Shown piece by piece: positions 6,723 through 14,454 of a stretch of DNA of 14,454 nt. Where the stretch lies: contig CBDURU010000089.1 in assembly GCA_965369865.1 (NCBI GenBank), forward strand, positions 1 through 14,454, in the 5' to 3' direction. The translations under genes were made by a program, and so were the position numbers. Position 1 is the stretch's first letter. Every line of letters begins with the position of its first letter. The DNA comes from an uncultured bacterium (GTDB taxonomy: Bacteria; JAJVIF01; JAPKYR01). Below the pieces are notes generated by a model. That model was not told the origin of the DNA and searched no databases. It saw only the letters and a list, made by a program, of their open reading frames with translations.

Positions 6723-7511
6723 TTACCTCCTCCCACCACCGCCGAATCCATTTCCGGCTCCACCGTTACCTCCATTTCTCCTCGAGCCGTTTCCACCGCC
6801 AAAGCCTTGATTACCCTGGCCGCAGTTATTTCCGGAACCGTCACGTAATCGTTGTCGATCCCGGGTTCCATTGCCCTGACCGCCAAAGCCTTGATTACCC
6901 TGACCCTGACCGCCAAAACCCCGGCCGTAATTACCATGGTTTCCATAACCATTGCCGCCACGATTTCCATATTGGTTATTTCTTCCGAATTGATTCGATG
7001 AACTGGGCGCGATGTCGTCGTTCCAGCCGCCCCTGAATCCATTTCCATTTCCGTTTCCACCGCGATTACGGTTGCGGCTTCCATTTCCCTGGCCGCCGAA
7101 ACCTTGATTGCCCTGGCCGCAATTATTTCCGGATCCGTCGCGTAATCGCTGTCGATCCCGGTTTCCATTTCCGTTACCACCGCGATTCCCCGAAAATGTC
7201 CAGTTGTCAGCGATGTTTGATGGCTGCGAAACAACAGGAAGAACCAGCATGTTCGTGCTGCCGCCAGAAAATCCGACTGTCGCAAATGGACCGGTGATTA
7301 ATGCCGAGTCCGGCGTTTGCACTTCACGGATGAAGTTACCGTTTTGGTTTACTGAACCGATTCTGACTGGTGTTGCGGTCTCTAATGATGTGAATTCTTC
7401 GACATATCCATTGAAAGCATTAACTGCGCTTTCATCGTTTGCTACCACTGCTGTTACTAAAATTGCGAGGAAAAAAATCGGGAAGAGACCAAGAATTAGA
7501 TGCTCTCTCAT
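6723..7511 (-). CDS. Exported Gly/Asn/Arg/Gln-rich low-complexity repeat protein (262 aa)
   Basis: AAGGAG upstream of ATG 7511; signal peptide MREHLILGLFPIFFLAILVTAVVA. An internal 22-codon duplication differs only at synonymous sites in this frame, and a terminator follows. Confidence 0.85.
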   Translation of the reverse strand: MREHLILGLFPIFFLAILVTAVVANDESAVNAFNGYVEEFTSLETATPVRIGSVNQNGNFIREVQTPDSALITGPFATVGFSGGSTNMLVLPVVSQPSNIADNWTFSGNRGGNGNGNRDRQRLRDGSGNNCGQGNQGFGGQGNGSRNRNRGGNGNGNGFRGGWNDDIAPSSSNQFGRNNQYGNRGGNGYGNHGNYGRGFGGQGQGNQGFGGQGNGTRDRQRLRDGSGNNCGQGNQGFGGGNGSRRNGGNGGAGNGFGGGGRR

Positions 7512-7708
7512 TTTTAAAACTCCTTTTGTTAAGTGATCATCCACATCACTTGTCTCAAAAGGTATCGGAACTGTGTGCCCGATGTTTTCTGGTTATTACG
7601 ATGGCTTATGATAAGTAAAGGTTCAATATTACATTACAGCAATTTTACCATTAATAAGTTCCTTCTTGCTAATTCCGGCCCTTTTTTCTTAAAATCTCTT
7701 CAGTTTCA

Positions 7709-7737
7709 TTGCCATATTTGAAAGTCTTGCATATACT
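7709..7737 (+). promoter_or_regulatory. Putative sigma70 promoter of dnaE
   Basis: TTGCCA (7709-7714), 17-nt spacer, TATACT (7732-7737), 35 nt before the dnaE ATG. Confidence 0.55.
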
Positions 7738-7772
7738 CTGAAACACTAAACGTATTTCACGCACCGACACTT

Positions 7773-10700
7773 ATGACTCCGAATTTCTGCCATCTTCATC
7801 TCCACTCCGAATACTCGCTTCTCGACGGGGTTATTCGCATCCCGGACCTGGCACGCACCGCCAGTGAAATGGGTATGGACGCGGTCGCTCTTACCGATCA
7901 CGGCGTCATGTACGGTGCGATCGAGTTCCTCGAAGCCTGTAAAAAAGAGGGAATCAAGCCGATCATCGGCTGCGAGGTTTATGTCGCTCCGGGCCACAGG
8001 GAGGATAAATCACCCAGTACCAAGGGCGGCAATGCGCATCTCGTGCTGCTCGCGATGGACCAGACCGGCTACAGGAATCTCGCGACACTTGTCAGCCGTG
8101 CATTTATTGAGGGCTTCTATTACAAGCCCCGACTCGATCACGAACTCCTTACTCAATATTCCGACGGGATCATCGCTCTTTCGGCATGCCTGAAAGGTGA
8201 AATCAACAAGTGGCTTCTCTCCAATAAAAAAGAAAAAGCAATTGAGGTCGCCGAATTTTATAAGAACACTTTCGGGCCCGACAGGTTTTACATCGAGATC
8301 CAGGATCATGGGCTTGAAGAACAGAAACGTGTAATGCCCCTTCTGATCGAGCTTGCGGAGAACCTCGGACTAAAAACTGTCGCCACAAACGATTGCCATT
8401 TTCTAAAATCGGATGACCGCTACATTCAGGATGTCATGATCTGTGTCCAGACTGGTAAAAAACTGGATGATCCCGACCGTTTCAGGGCTTACTCGCCACA
8501 TCATTATTTCAAATCGCCCGATGAAATGGCAGAGCGATTCAGCTCGATACCTGAAGCGATTGAAAATACTGTTCGGATCTCTGAGATGGTTGATTTCAAT
8601 CCGACGCTTGGAAAATCTTTCCATTTCCCGGAGTTCAAGCCCTCTGACGGCCAGTCGCCTGAAAATTTCCTTAGAAAGAATGCTCGCCTCGAACTTAAAG
8701 AACGTTTCGGAGATGGTATCCCTGACACTTACATTGAGCGGCTTGATTACGAGCTTGATGTAATTTGCGATATGGGATTCGCGAGCTATATCCTTATCGT
8801 GGCGGATTTTGTGCGTTGGGCGAAAGAGAAGGGAATCCTGGTCGGGCCGGGCAGGGGTAGCGCTGCGGGATGCCTTGTGAATTACGCGCTGGGGATTATC
8901 GATATCGATCCAATACAATTCGGGCTTCATTTCGAACGTTTCATGAATCCTGCCAGGAAAAGCCCTCCCGATATCGATATCGATTTTGATCCTGTCGGAC
9001 GCGCGGACGTGATTGATTATGTCACGAAACTTTACAGGGAAGAACATGTATGCCAGATAATCACTTTCAACCGCCTGAAAGCACGCGCCGCGCTCCGGGA
9101 TGTCGGGCGCGTGATGGATATCCCGCTTGGCGATGTCGACCGTGTCGCGAAACTGGTTCCATTCGGAAGGGACCTTGATGAAGCGATCAATAAGAACCCG
9201 GATTTTAAGAATGAATATGAGAAAACCACGCTTTCAAAAATCTGGATCGATACCGCGAGACGGGTTGAAGGGCTTGCGCGGAACGCGAGCGTTCATGCTG
9301 CGGGAGTTGTAATTTGCAAAGACCTGATTTGGGATCACGCTCCGGTTCAAATCATGGACAAGGACTCAGGCGCTGTCTGCCAGTATTCCATGGACGACGC
9401 GGCGAATATCGGGCTCGTCAAAATGGATTTCCTTGGCCTCAGGACATTGACCTATCTCCGGGAAGTATGTGAAAACGTTAAAAAATCCAGGGGCATCGAG
9501 ATCGACATTTTAAAAATACCCCTGGACGATAAGAAAACATTCAACATGCTTGCGAAAGGCGATGTTCTCGGCGTGTTCCAGATGGAAGGCGGTGGGATGC
9601 GCGACCTCCTGATGCAGATCGCACCTGACATGATCGACGACCTGATCGCCACAATCGCCCTGTTCCGCCCAGGGCCTATGGAGAACAACCTCCATACATC
9701 GTATGCCCGAAGGAAAAATGGAAAGGAAGAGATCACTTATAAGACAGACTTGCTCAAGCCCATTCTTGAGGAAACCTATGGCGTCCTCACATACCAGGAG
9801 CAGATCAGCCTGATTCTCCAGGCGCTCGGTGGACTCGATCTTGGCATCGCTACAGTGGTTATGAAACTCATCAGCAAGAAGGTCGATCGTGAGAATATTG
9901 CCAAATACATGGCGGAGTTCCTTCAGGGTGCCGATGAACGAGGCGTCGACAGGAAAACCGCAAGGGAAATCTGGACCGAGATGGAAGCCTTCGCCGGATA
10001 TGGCTTCAACAAGGCGCACTCCGCGGCCTACGGCTTGATCGCTTACCAGACCGCCTATATGAAGGCGAATTATCCGCTCGAATTTTACGCCGCTTACATG
10101 ACATCCGAAATGCACGATCAGGACAAAATTGCACGGATATGCGATGAAATGAAACAGAAGGAAATTCCTGTTTACCCTCCCGACATTAATAAATCCTGGC
10201 CGAAATTTACGATCGAGGGTGATGGAATACGCTACGGGCTTGCGTCGCTCAAGGGAGTCGGATACCTCGCGGTTGAATCCATCGTCCAGGGACGCGACAC
10301 TAACGGCTCATTTGAAAATATCTATCATGTAGCAAAAAACGCCGACCTTCGCCTTGTCAACAAGGGTGTTTTCGAAGCGTTGATTACCTCCGGTGCGTTT
10401 GATGGTCTCCAGGGAAACAGGCGGAGTAACCTTGAAGCTATTGGCAATGCTCTCGATCACGCTAAAAAACTTCAGGAGGATGAATCGAGAGGGCAGGTGG
10501 GTTTGTTTGGCGGACCGGGTTCGGTAGCTCCAGGTCCGGCGCTGGAGAGTATTGATGAATATTCACCCTCTGAACTTCTCAGGCTGGAAAAGGCCTCCAT
10601 CGGTTTTTATCTCTCCCGGCATCCGCTCGATTCGGTCTGGGAGAACATCAGGGATTATACACGCCAGAATATCGCCGACCTTGTCGAACTGAACGATGGC

Positions 10701-11354
10701 GCTTCGGTGCGTGTTGGCGGTATGTTCGGATGGGTCAGCAGGCGAATTACCAAGAGGTCCATGAAATATTATGCCAAGTTCAGCCTCGAGGACCTTTCGG
10801 GAAAAATTGAGGGGATTATTTTCCCCAAGGCTTATGAAAAATTCGGCGGCCTGGTTGAATCCGAGGCGTTTGTCCTGGTCAAGGGTAAATTGAAAGCCGA
10901 GGAACTTGAGAGTACTGAAGAAAATGAGCGTCCGAGAAAGCAGGTTGAATTATTCGCCGAGGAGATCTGGAAGTATAACCCGGATTCAGGGGCATGGATC
11001 CAGCAGAAATCACCGACCGAAATGACCGAGGTCGATGCCCCCCTTATTGACACAATTCTTGACGATGATACCGGGTATTATGAACCGATCGAACCAAAAG
11101 GGCCTGGGGTTTTTGTTGATATCTTCCTCGACCTTGAAACCGCTGAAAAATCCAGTATAAACTGCCTGAAAGATAAACTTAAAATGAGCAGGGGACCGAC
11201 TCCGGTTCGGTTCAGATTCCCGCTCCATGGACGCGAGATTGTTATTTCGAACGGATTGGGTACTGAAATTATTTTCAGCCCGGACCTGAGAGACGAACTT
11301 ATCACAATTCCGGGAATTGAAGATGTTAAGTTAGAAAAAAACCCGGGGGTGTGA
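7773..11354 (+). CDS. dnaE: DNA polymerase III subunit alpha
   Basis: 1193 aa. PHP domain HLHLHSEYSLLDG and TDHG; GPGRGSAAG; catalytic PDIDIDF; KMDFLGL; YGFNKAHSAAY; clamp-binding-like QVGLF; OB-fold LEDLSGKIEGIIFP. Confidence 0.98.
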   Translation: MTPNFCHLHLHSEYSLLDGVIRIPDLARTASEMGMDAVALTDHGVMYGAIEFLEACKKEGIKPIIGCEVYVAPGHREDKSPSTKGGNAHLVLLAMDQTGYRNLATLVSRAFIEGFYYKPRLDHELLTQYSDGIIALSACLKGEINKWLLSNKKEKAIEVAEFYKNTFGPDRFYIEIQDHGLEEQKRVMPLLIELAENLGLKTVATNDCHFLKSDDRYIQDVMICVQTGKKLDDPDRFRAYSPHHYFKSPDEMAERFSSIPEAIENTVRISEMVDFNPTLGKSFHFPEFKPSDGQSPENFLRKNARLELKERFGDGIPDTYIERLDYELDVICDMGFASYILIVADFVRWAKEKGILVGPGRGSAAGCLVNYALGIIDIDPIQFGLHFERFMNPARKSPPDIDIDFDPVGRADVIDYVTKLYREEHVCQIITFNRLKARAALRDVGRVMDIPLGDVDRVAKLVPFGRDLDEAINKNPDFKNEYEKTTLSKIWIDTARRVEGLARNASVHAAGVVICKDLIWDHAPVQIMDKDSGAVCQYSMDDAANIGLVKMDFLGLRTLTYLREVCENVKKSRGIEIDILKIPLDDKKTFNMLAKGDVLGVFQMEGGGMRDLLMQIAPDMIDDLIATIALFRPGPMENNLHTSYARRKNGKEEITYKTDLLKPILEETYGVLTYQEQISLILQALGGLDLGIATVVMKLISKKVDRENIAKYMAEFLQGADERGVDRKTAREIWTEMEAFAGYGFNKAHSAAYGLIAYQTAYMKANYPLEFYAAYMTSEMHDQDKIARICDEMKQKEIPVYPPDINKSWPKFTIEGDGIRYGLASLKGVGYLAVESIVQGRDTNGSFENIYHVAKNADLRLVNKGVFEALITSGAFDGLQGNRRSNLEAIGNALDHAKKLQEDESRGQVGLFGGPGSVAPGPALESIDEYSPSELLRLEKASIGFYLSRHPLDSVWENIRDYTRQNIADLVELNDGASVRVGGMFGWVSRRITKRSMKYYAKFSLEDLSGKIEGIIFPKAYEKFGGLVESEAFVLVKGKLKAEELESTEENERPRKQVELFAEEIWKYNPDSGAWIQQKSPTEMTEVDAPLIDTILDDDTGYYEPIEPKGPGVFVDIFLDLETAEKSSINCLKDKLKMSRGPTPVRFRFPLHGREIVISNGLGTEIIFSPDLRDELITIPGIEDVKLEKNPGV

Positions 11355-11394
11355 TGTGGGTTATAATCAAGGGACGACCATTGCGAAAGCTCCG

Positions 11395-11469
11395 GGGCGA
11401 AGCAAGCAACGCCCCTACGAATAGAACCTGTATGAATAGAGGCTTGTAGGGGCGCTGCTTGCTGCGCCC
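11395..11469. repeat. Inverted pair of GTAG-type REP sequences
   Basis: gtaggggcgctgcttgctgcgccc (11446-11469) and the reverse complement of 11395-11418 (gtaggggcgttgcttgcttcgccc) are 22/24 identical. Each is an internal hairpin with a GTAG foot. Confidence 0.88.
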
Positions 11470-11513
11470 TGGTCAAAATCCAGGCCTTTGCAACGGTCTC
11501 ACAAGGGAATACC

Positions 11514-13421
11514 ATGAATATTTCTGAAACACCTGTTAAAAATAAGGTCGAACAATGGGAAACACGTAAGACCAATCAGATCACGATCGGAATTGTCGGT
11601 TCCGGTGGCGATGGTATTATCGCTGCTGGTGAGATCATCGCGTCCGCGGCGGCGCACGAAGGCCTTCACTGCATTCTCACCAAAAGTTACGGACCTGTCA
11701 TCCGCGGTGGAGAAACAAGCGTTCGCTTGCGCATGGGGGCAAACCGGGTACATTCCCAGGGCGACAAACTTGATGTTCTGGTTTGTTTCAGTTGGAAGGA
11801 TTTCAAGCTCTTCAAGGGTGAACTGGTCCTTAAGGAACAATGCGTAATTCTCTACCCGGAATCCGATGAACTTGAGCCGCATGAGATTCCAATAGAATCC
11901 GGTCTGAATCCCGCGATCATGAAAATCCCGTTCGTCCGTCTTGCCGAGGACGAGGTCGGGAACGGTCTCACTAAAAATATCGTTATGCTGGGCGTGCTTT
12001 GCGATCTCTTCAATCTTCCGGAAGAGGGCCTTCAAAACGCGATTCTCCACCGTTTCAAACGGAAAACCCAGGCTTTGATCGACCTGAACACCAAAGCGCT
12101 TATGGTCGGTAAAGAATATTCACAAAAGAATATAGATTTAACCCACCCGATCAACTTTTTCTACACTACCGGTCCCCCGAATCTTCTCATGACCGGAAAC
12201 GAAGCGATCGCCGTCGGTGCCTTGAACGCCGGTTGCAGGTTCATGGCCGGTTACCCCATCACTCCTGCTACCGAGATCATGGAAACCCTCACGAATCTCA
12301 TGCCGATGTATGACGGGACTGTCGTTCAGGCAGAGGATGAGATCGCCGCGATTGCCATGGCTATCGGCGCAAGTTATGCGGGTGTTAAATCCATGACCGC
12401 GACATCCGGTCCCGGGGTCAGCCTGATGCAGGAAATGCTTGGACTCGCTGTGATCTCTGAAATTCCCATGGTGCTGGTAAATGTCCAGCGCGGCGGCCCC
12501 GCAACCGGAATCCCGACGAAAAGCGAACAGGCCGACCTCATGCAGGCCATCCATGGCGGGCACGGCGACAATTTCAAGGTCGTGTTGGCCCCGTGCGATG
12601 TCGAGGACTGCTATGACATTATCCATCATGCCTTCTCAATTTCGGAGAGTTTCCAGGTCCCCGTTCTTGTTTTATCCGACCAGTTCCTCGGACAGAGAAA
12701 AGCCAGTTTCCCCGCTCTCGACCCCAACCGTATCCCGGTCGCTGAACGGAAACTCCCTAAAGAAAATGACCTCCTGGATTTCAAACGTTACAAATTAACA
12801 AAAACAGGCGTCAGCCCTATGACTTATCCAGGTATCGAAAATGGTGAGTACCTCGCGTCCGGAATTTCCCATATGGAAAATGGCTACCCAACTTCGACTC
12901 ACGCACTCAACGAAATGCAGACCCGTAAACGTTTCGAAAAAGCCAATCACATCATTGAACGATTCCCGTTGTGGCGCTACTACGGTCAAAAAGGCGCGAC
13001 TCTCGGGATTCTCGGCTGGGGTAGCACTAAGGGGGTTATCCGCGAAGCGATTCATCTGTGTTCGAGGGCTGGGATCGATGTTGTCGGGATGGTCCCAAGA
13101 ATGCTGTTTCCGCTTCCGGTCGATGAGCTTGAGGACTGGTTTTCCACGCTGACAAATTTAATTGTCGTCGAGATGAGTTACTCCGGGCAGTTCCTTCAGT
13201 ACATCCGCAGCCAGATGCAACTCCCGTCGACCGTCGTCCATTACAGACGAAGCGGTGGATCGTTGATTCCGCTCGAGGATATCCTGAATCTCGTTATTGA
13301 GCATTGCGACGAATCCATAAAACCCGAGCAGAAGGAAATTATCGATCCGGAACGAATCTACGACCTCGGCAAACCGCCGAAAGTCAGCTTGATCCTGAGG
13401 GGTGAACACTATGTACTCTAA
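11514..13421 (+). CDS. korA: 2-oxoacid:ferredoxin oxidoreductase subunit alpha (gamma-alpha fused)
   Basis: N-terminal GSGGDG...IRGG gamma-like domain; GNEAIA, GYPITP, QAEDEIAA, TATSGPG, VQRGGP.TG.PT motifs. Substrate cannot be determined from sequence alone. Confidence 0.93.
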   Translation: MNISETPVKNKVEQWETRKTNQITIGIVGSGGDGIIAAGEIIASAAAHEGLHCILTKSYGPVIRGGETSVRLRMGANRVHSQGDKLDVLVCFSWKDFKLFKGELVLKEQCVILYPESDELEPHEIPIESGLNPAIMKIPFVRLAEDEVGNGLTKNIVMLGVLCDLFNLPEEGLQNAILHRFKRKTQALIDLNTKALMVGKEYSQKNIDLTHPINFFYTTGPPNLLMTGNEAIAVGALNAGCRFMAGYPITPATEIMETLTNLMPMYDGTVVQAEDEIAAIAMAIGASYAGVKSMTATSGPGVSLMQEMLGLAVISEIPMVLVNVQRGGPATGIPTKSEQADLMQAIHGGHGDNFKVVLAPCDVEDCYDIIHHAFSISESFQVPVLVLSDQFLGQRKASFPALDPNRIPVAERKLPKENDLLDFKRYKLTKTGVSPMTYPGIENGEYLASGISHMENGYPTSTHALNEMQTRKRFEKANHIIERFPLWRYYGQKGATLGILGWGSTKGVIREAIHLCSRAGIDVVGMVPRMLFPLPVDELEDWFSTLTNLIVVEMSYSGQFLQYIRSQMQLPSTVVHYRRSGGSLIPLEDILNLVIEHCDESIKPEQKEIIDPERIYDLGKPPKVSLILRGEHYVL

Positions 13422-14271
13422 CGAAATGAAGCCGAAGGATTTTAAAAGTGAACTGAAACCGATCTGGTGTCCGGGGTGCGGCGATTTCGCGGTCCTGACT
13501 TCCATGACCAAAGCATTTGCTGAATTAGGGCTTCCCAGGCATAAAATAGCAACAATTTCAGGCATCGGCTGCTCCTCCAGAATTCCCGGATATATGAGCA
13601 CATATGGGTTCAACACGCTCCACGGCCGGGCGATTCCTATCGCTATTGGCACGAAACTGGCAAATCCGGATAATACCGTCATCGTAGCCGGCGGCGATGG
13701 TGACATTTTTTCGATCGGCGGTGGACATCTCCCGCACGCGGCGCGCCGGAATGTCGATATCACCGTTCTGGTCATGGACAACCGGGTTTACGGGCTGACT
13801 AAAGGCCAGATGTCCCCCACCACACCGCTCGATTCGTTCACATCGACCACTCACTACGGCTCCTACGACCCCCCGGTCGACATGGTGAAATTCATGATGG
13901 CTTACGGCTCTGGTTTCGTCGCGCGCGGATTTTCCGGGAACCCGAAGCAGCTCACGTCGCTAATAATCCAGGCCATCGAATATACCGGATTCGCGTTCAT
14001 CCAGATTCTCTCCCCATGCGTGACATTCAGGGGCAAGACTGAATACGATGCGATCCGGCAGATGTCGAAAGATATCCCCGATGACTACAACCCCGCCGAC
14101 TACCGGGCTGCCTGGCAGATAGCCGAAGACACCGGCACGCTCCACATGGGACTGATCCACCGGAACGACAAATTAATCCCATACGGCGACCGGATCGAAT
14201 CCATGCGCAAAATCGCCAAAAAGAACGGCGTACCCCCGGTCGCCGAACTGATCGACGCCTTCCGCCCATAA
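13411..14271 (+). CDS. korB: 2-oxoacid:ferredoxin oxidoreductase subunit beta (TPP-binding)
   Basis: WCPGCG, SGIGCSS, LHGR, GGDGD...MDN..YGLTKGQ.SPT and SPCVTF motifs. GAGGGG precedes ATG 13411 (GTG 13402 is an alternative); overlaps the alpha stop codon. Confidence 0.94.
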   Translation: MYSNEMKPKDFKSELKPIWCPGCGDFAVLTSMTKAFAELGLPRHKIATISGIGCSSRIPGYMSTYGFNTLHGRAIPIAIGTKLANPDNTVIVAGGDGDIFSIGGGHLPHAARRNVDITVLVMDNRVYGLTKGQMSPTTPLDSFTSTTHYGSYDPPVDMVKFMMAYGSGFVARGFSGNPKQLTSLIIQAIEYTGFAFIQILSPCVTFRGKTEYDAIRQMSKDIPDDYNPADYRAAWQIAEDTGTLHMGLIHRNDKLIPYGDRIESMRKIAKKNGVPPVAELIDAFRP

Positions 14272-14289
14272 AAATCTTCCCGGAGCAGT

Positions 14290-14437
14290 CCCGTAGCATG
14301 TGACTCCCGTTCCATGGAACTCGTTCCCTGCGAGTCCCGCGCAGTTGGATGGCGTTGCCCACGTGCGAAGGAGTGAATAATTAATGGAAGCGGACGGGAC
14401 GTCCGCGATACTGCAGGCGGGACGCATGCGCTACGGG
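14290..14437. repeat. REPIN-like element with inward-facing GTAG REPs
   Basis: Terminal inverted repeat cccgtagc (14290-14297) / gctacggg (14430-14437). The right arm holds two inverted 23-bp units (14389-14411, 14412-14434) of the 3787-3924 family. Confidence 0.75.
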
Positions 14438-14454
14438 TTTCGCGACGGGGCGTC

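Noticed and set aside
6716..7285. Alternative-frame ORFs over the Gly/Asn gene (6716-7285 minus, 6692-7036 plus, 7108-7536 plus)
   Set aside because: All 7 repeat substitutions are synonymous in the 6723-7511 frame, which also has the RBS, signal peptide and terminator.
7773..11354. Intein or split dnaE
   Set aside because: The ORF is continuous and of normal length, the motifs are uninterrupted, and I see no intein splice-junction or homing endonuclease motifs.
524..14427. Many short antisense or overlapping ORFs inside the GT, dnaE and oxidoreductase genes
   Set aside because: They are shadow ORFs of well-supported genes with no recognisable motifs.
14431..14454. 3' end of a convergent minus-strand gene stopping at the TAG inside the REP foot
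   Set aside because: Only 7 codons are visible, so it cannot be supported from this window.

Overview
Bacterial chromosomal window. Left, on the minus strand: a likely operon of a Peptidase C26 (gamma-glutamyl hydrolase-type) gene with a long Arg/Pro-rich N-terminal extension, a GT2 and a GT4 glycosyltransferase, preceded by a ~300-nt hairpin-rich leader. Middle: a small DUF4177-like gene, then a ~2-kb integrase-free islet carrying one membrane-anchored beta-propeller gene. The islet is bracketed by an intact tRNA-Ser(GGA) and a second copy of its 3' half whose variable arm has diverged with all base pairs preserved. Next is an exported Gly/Asn/Arg-rich low-complexity protein. Right, on the plus strand: dnaE and a two-subunit 2-oxoacid:ferredoxin oxidoreductase. 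Most large intergenic gaps carry REP-like palindromic repeats from at least four unrelated families, three of them in tandem arrays. I found no integrase, transposase, CRISPR array or cas gene. All family calls come from motif recognition by eye, not database searches.
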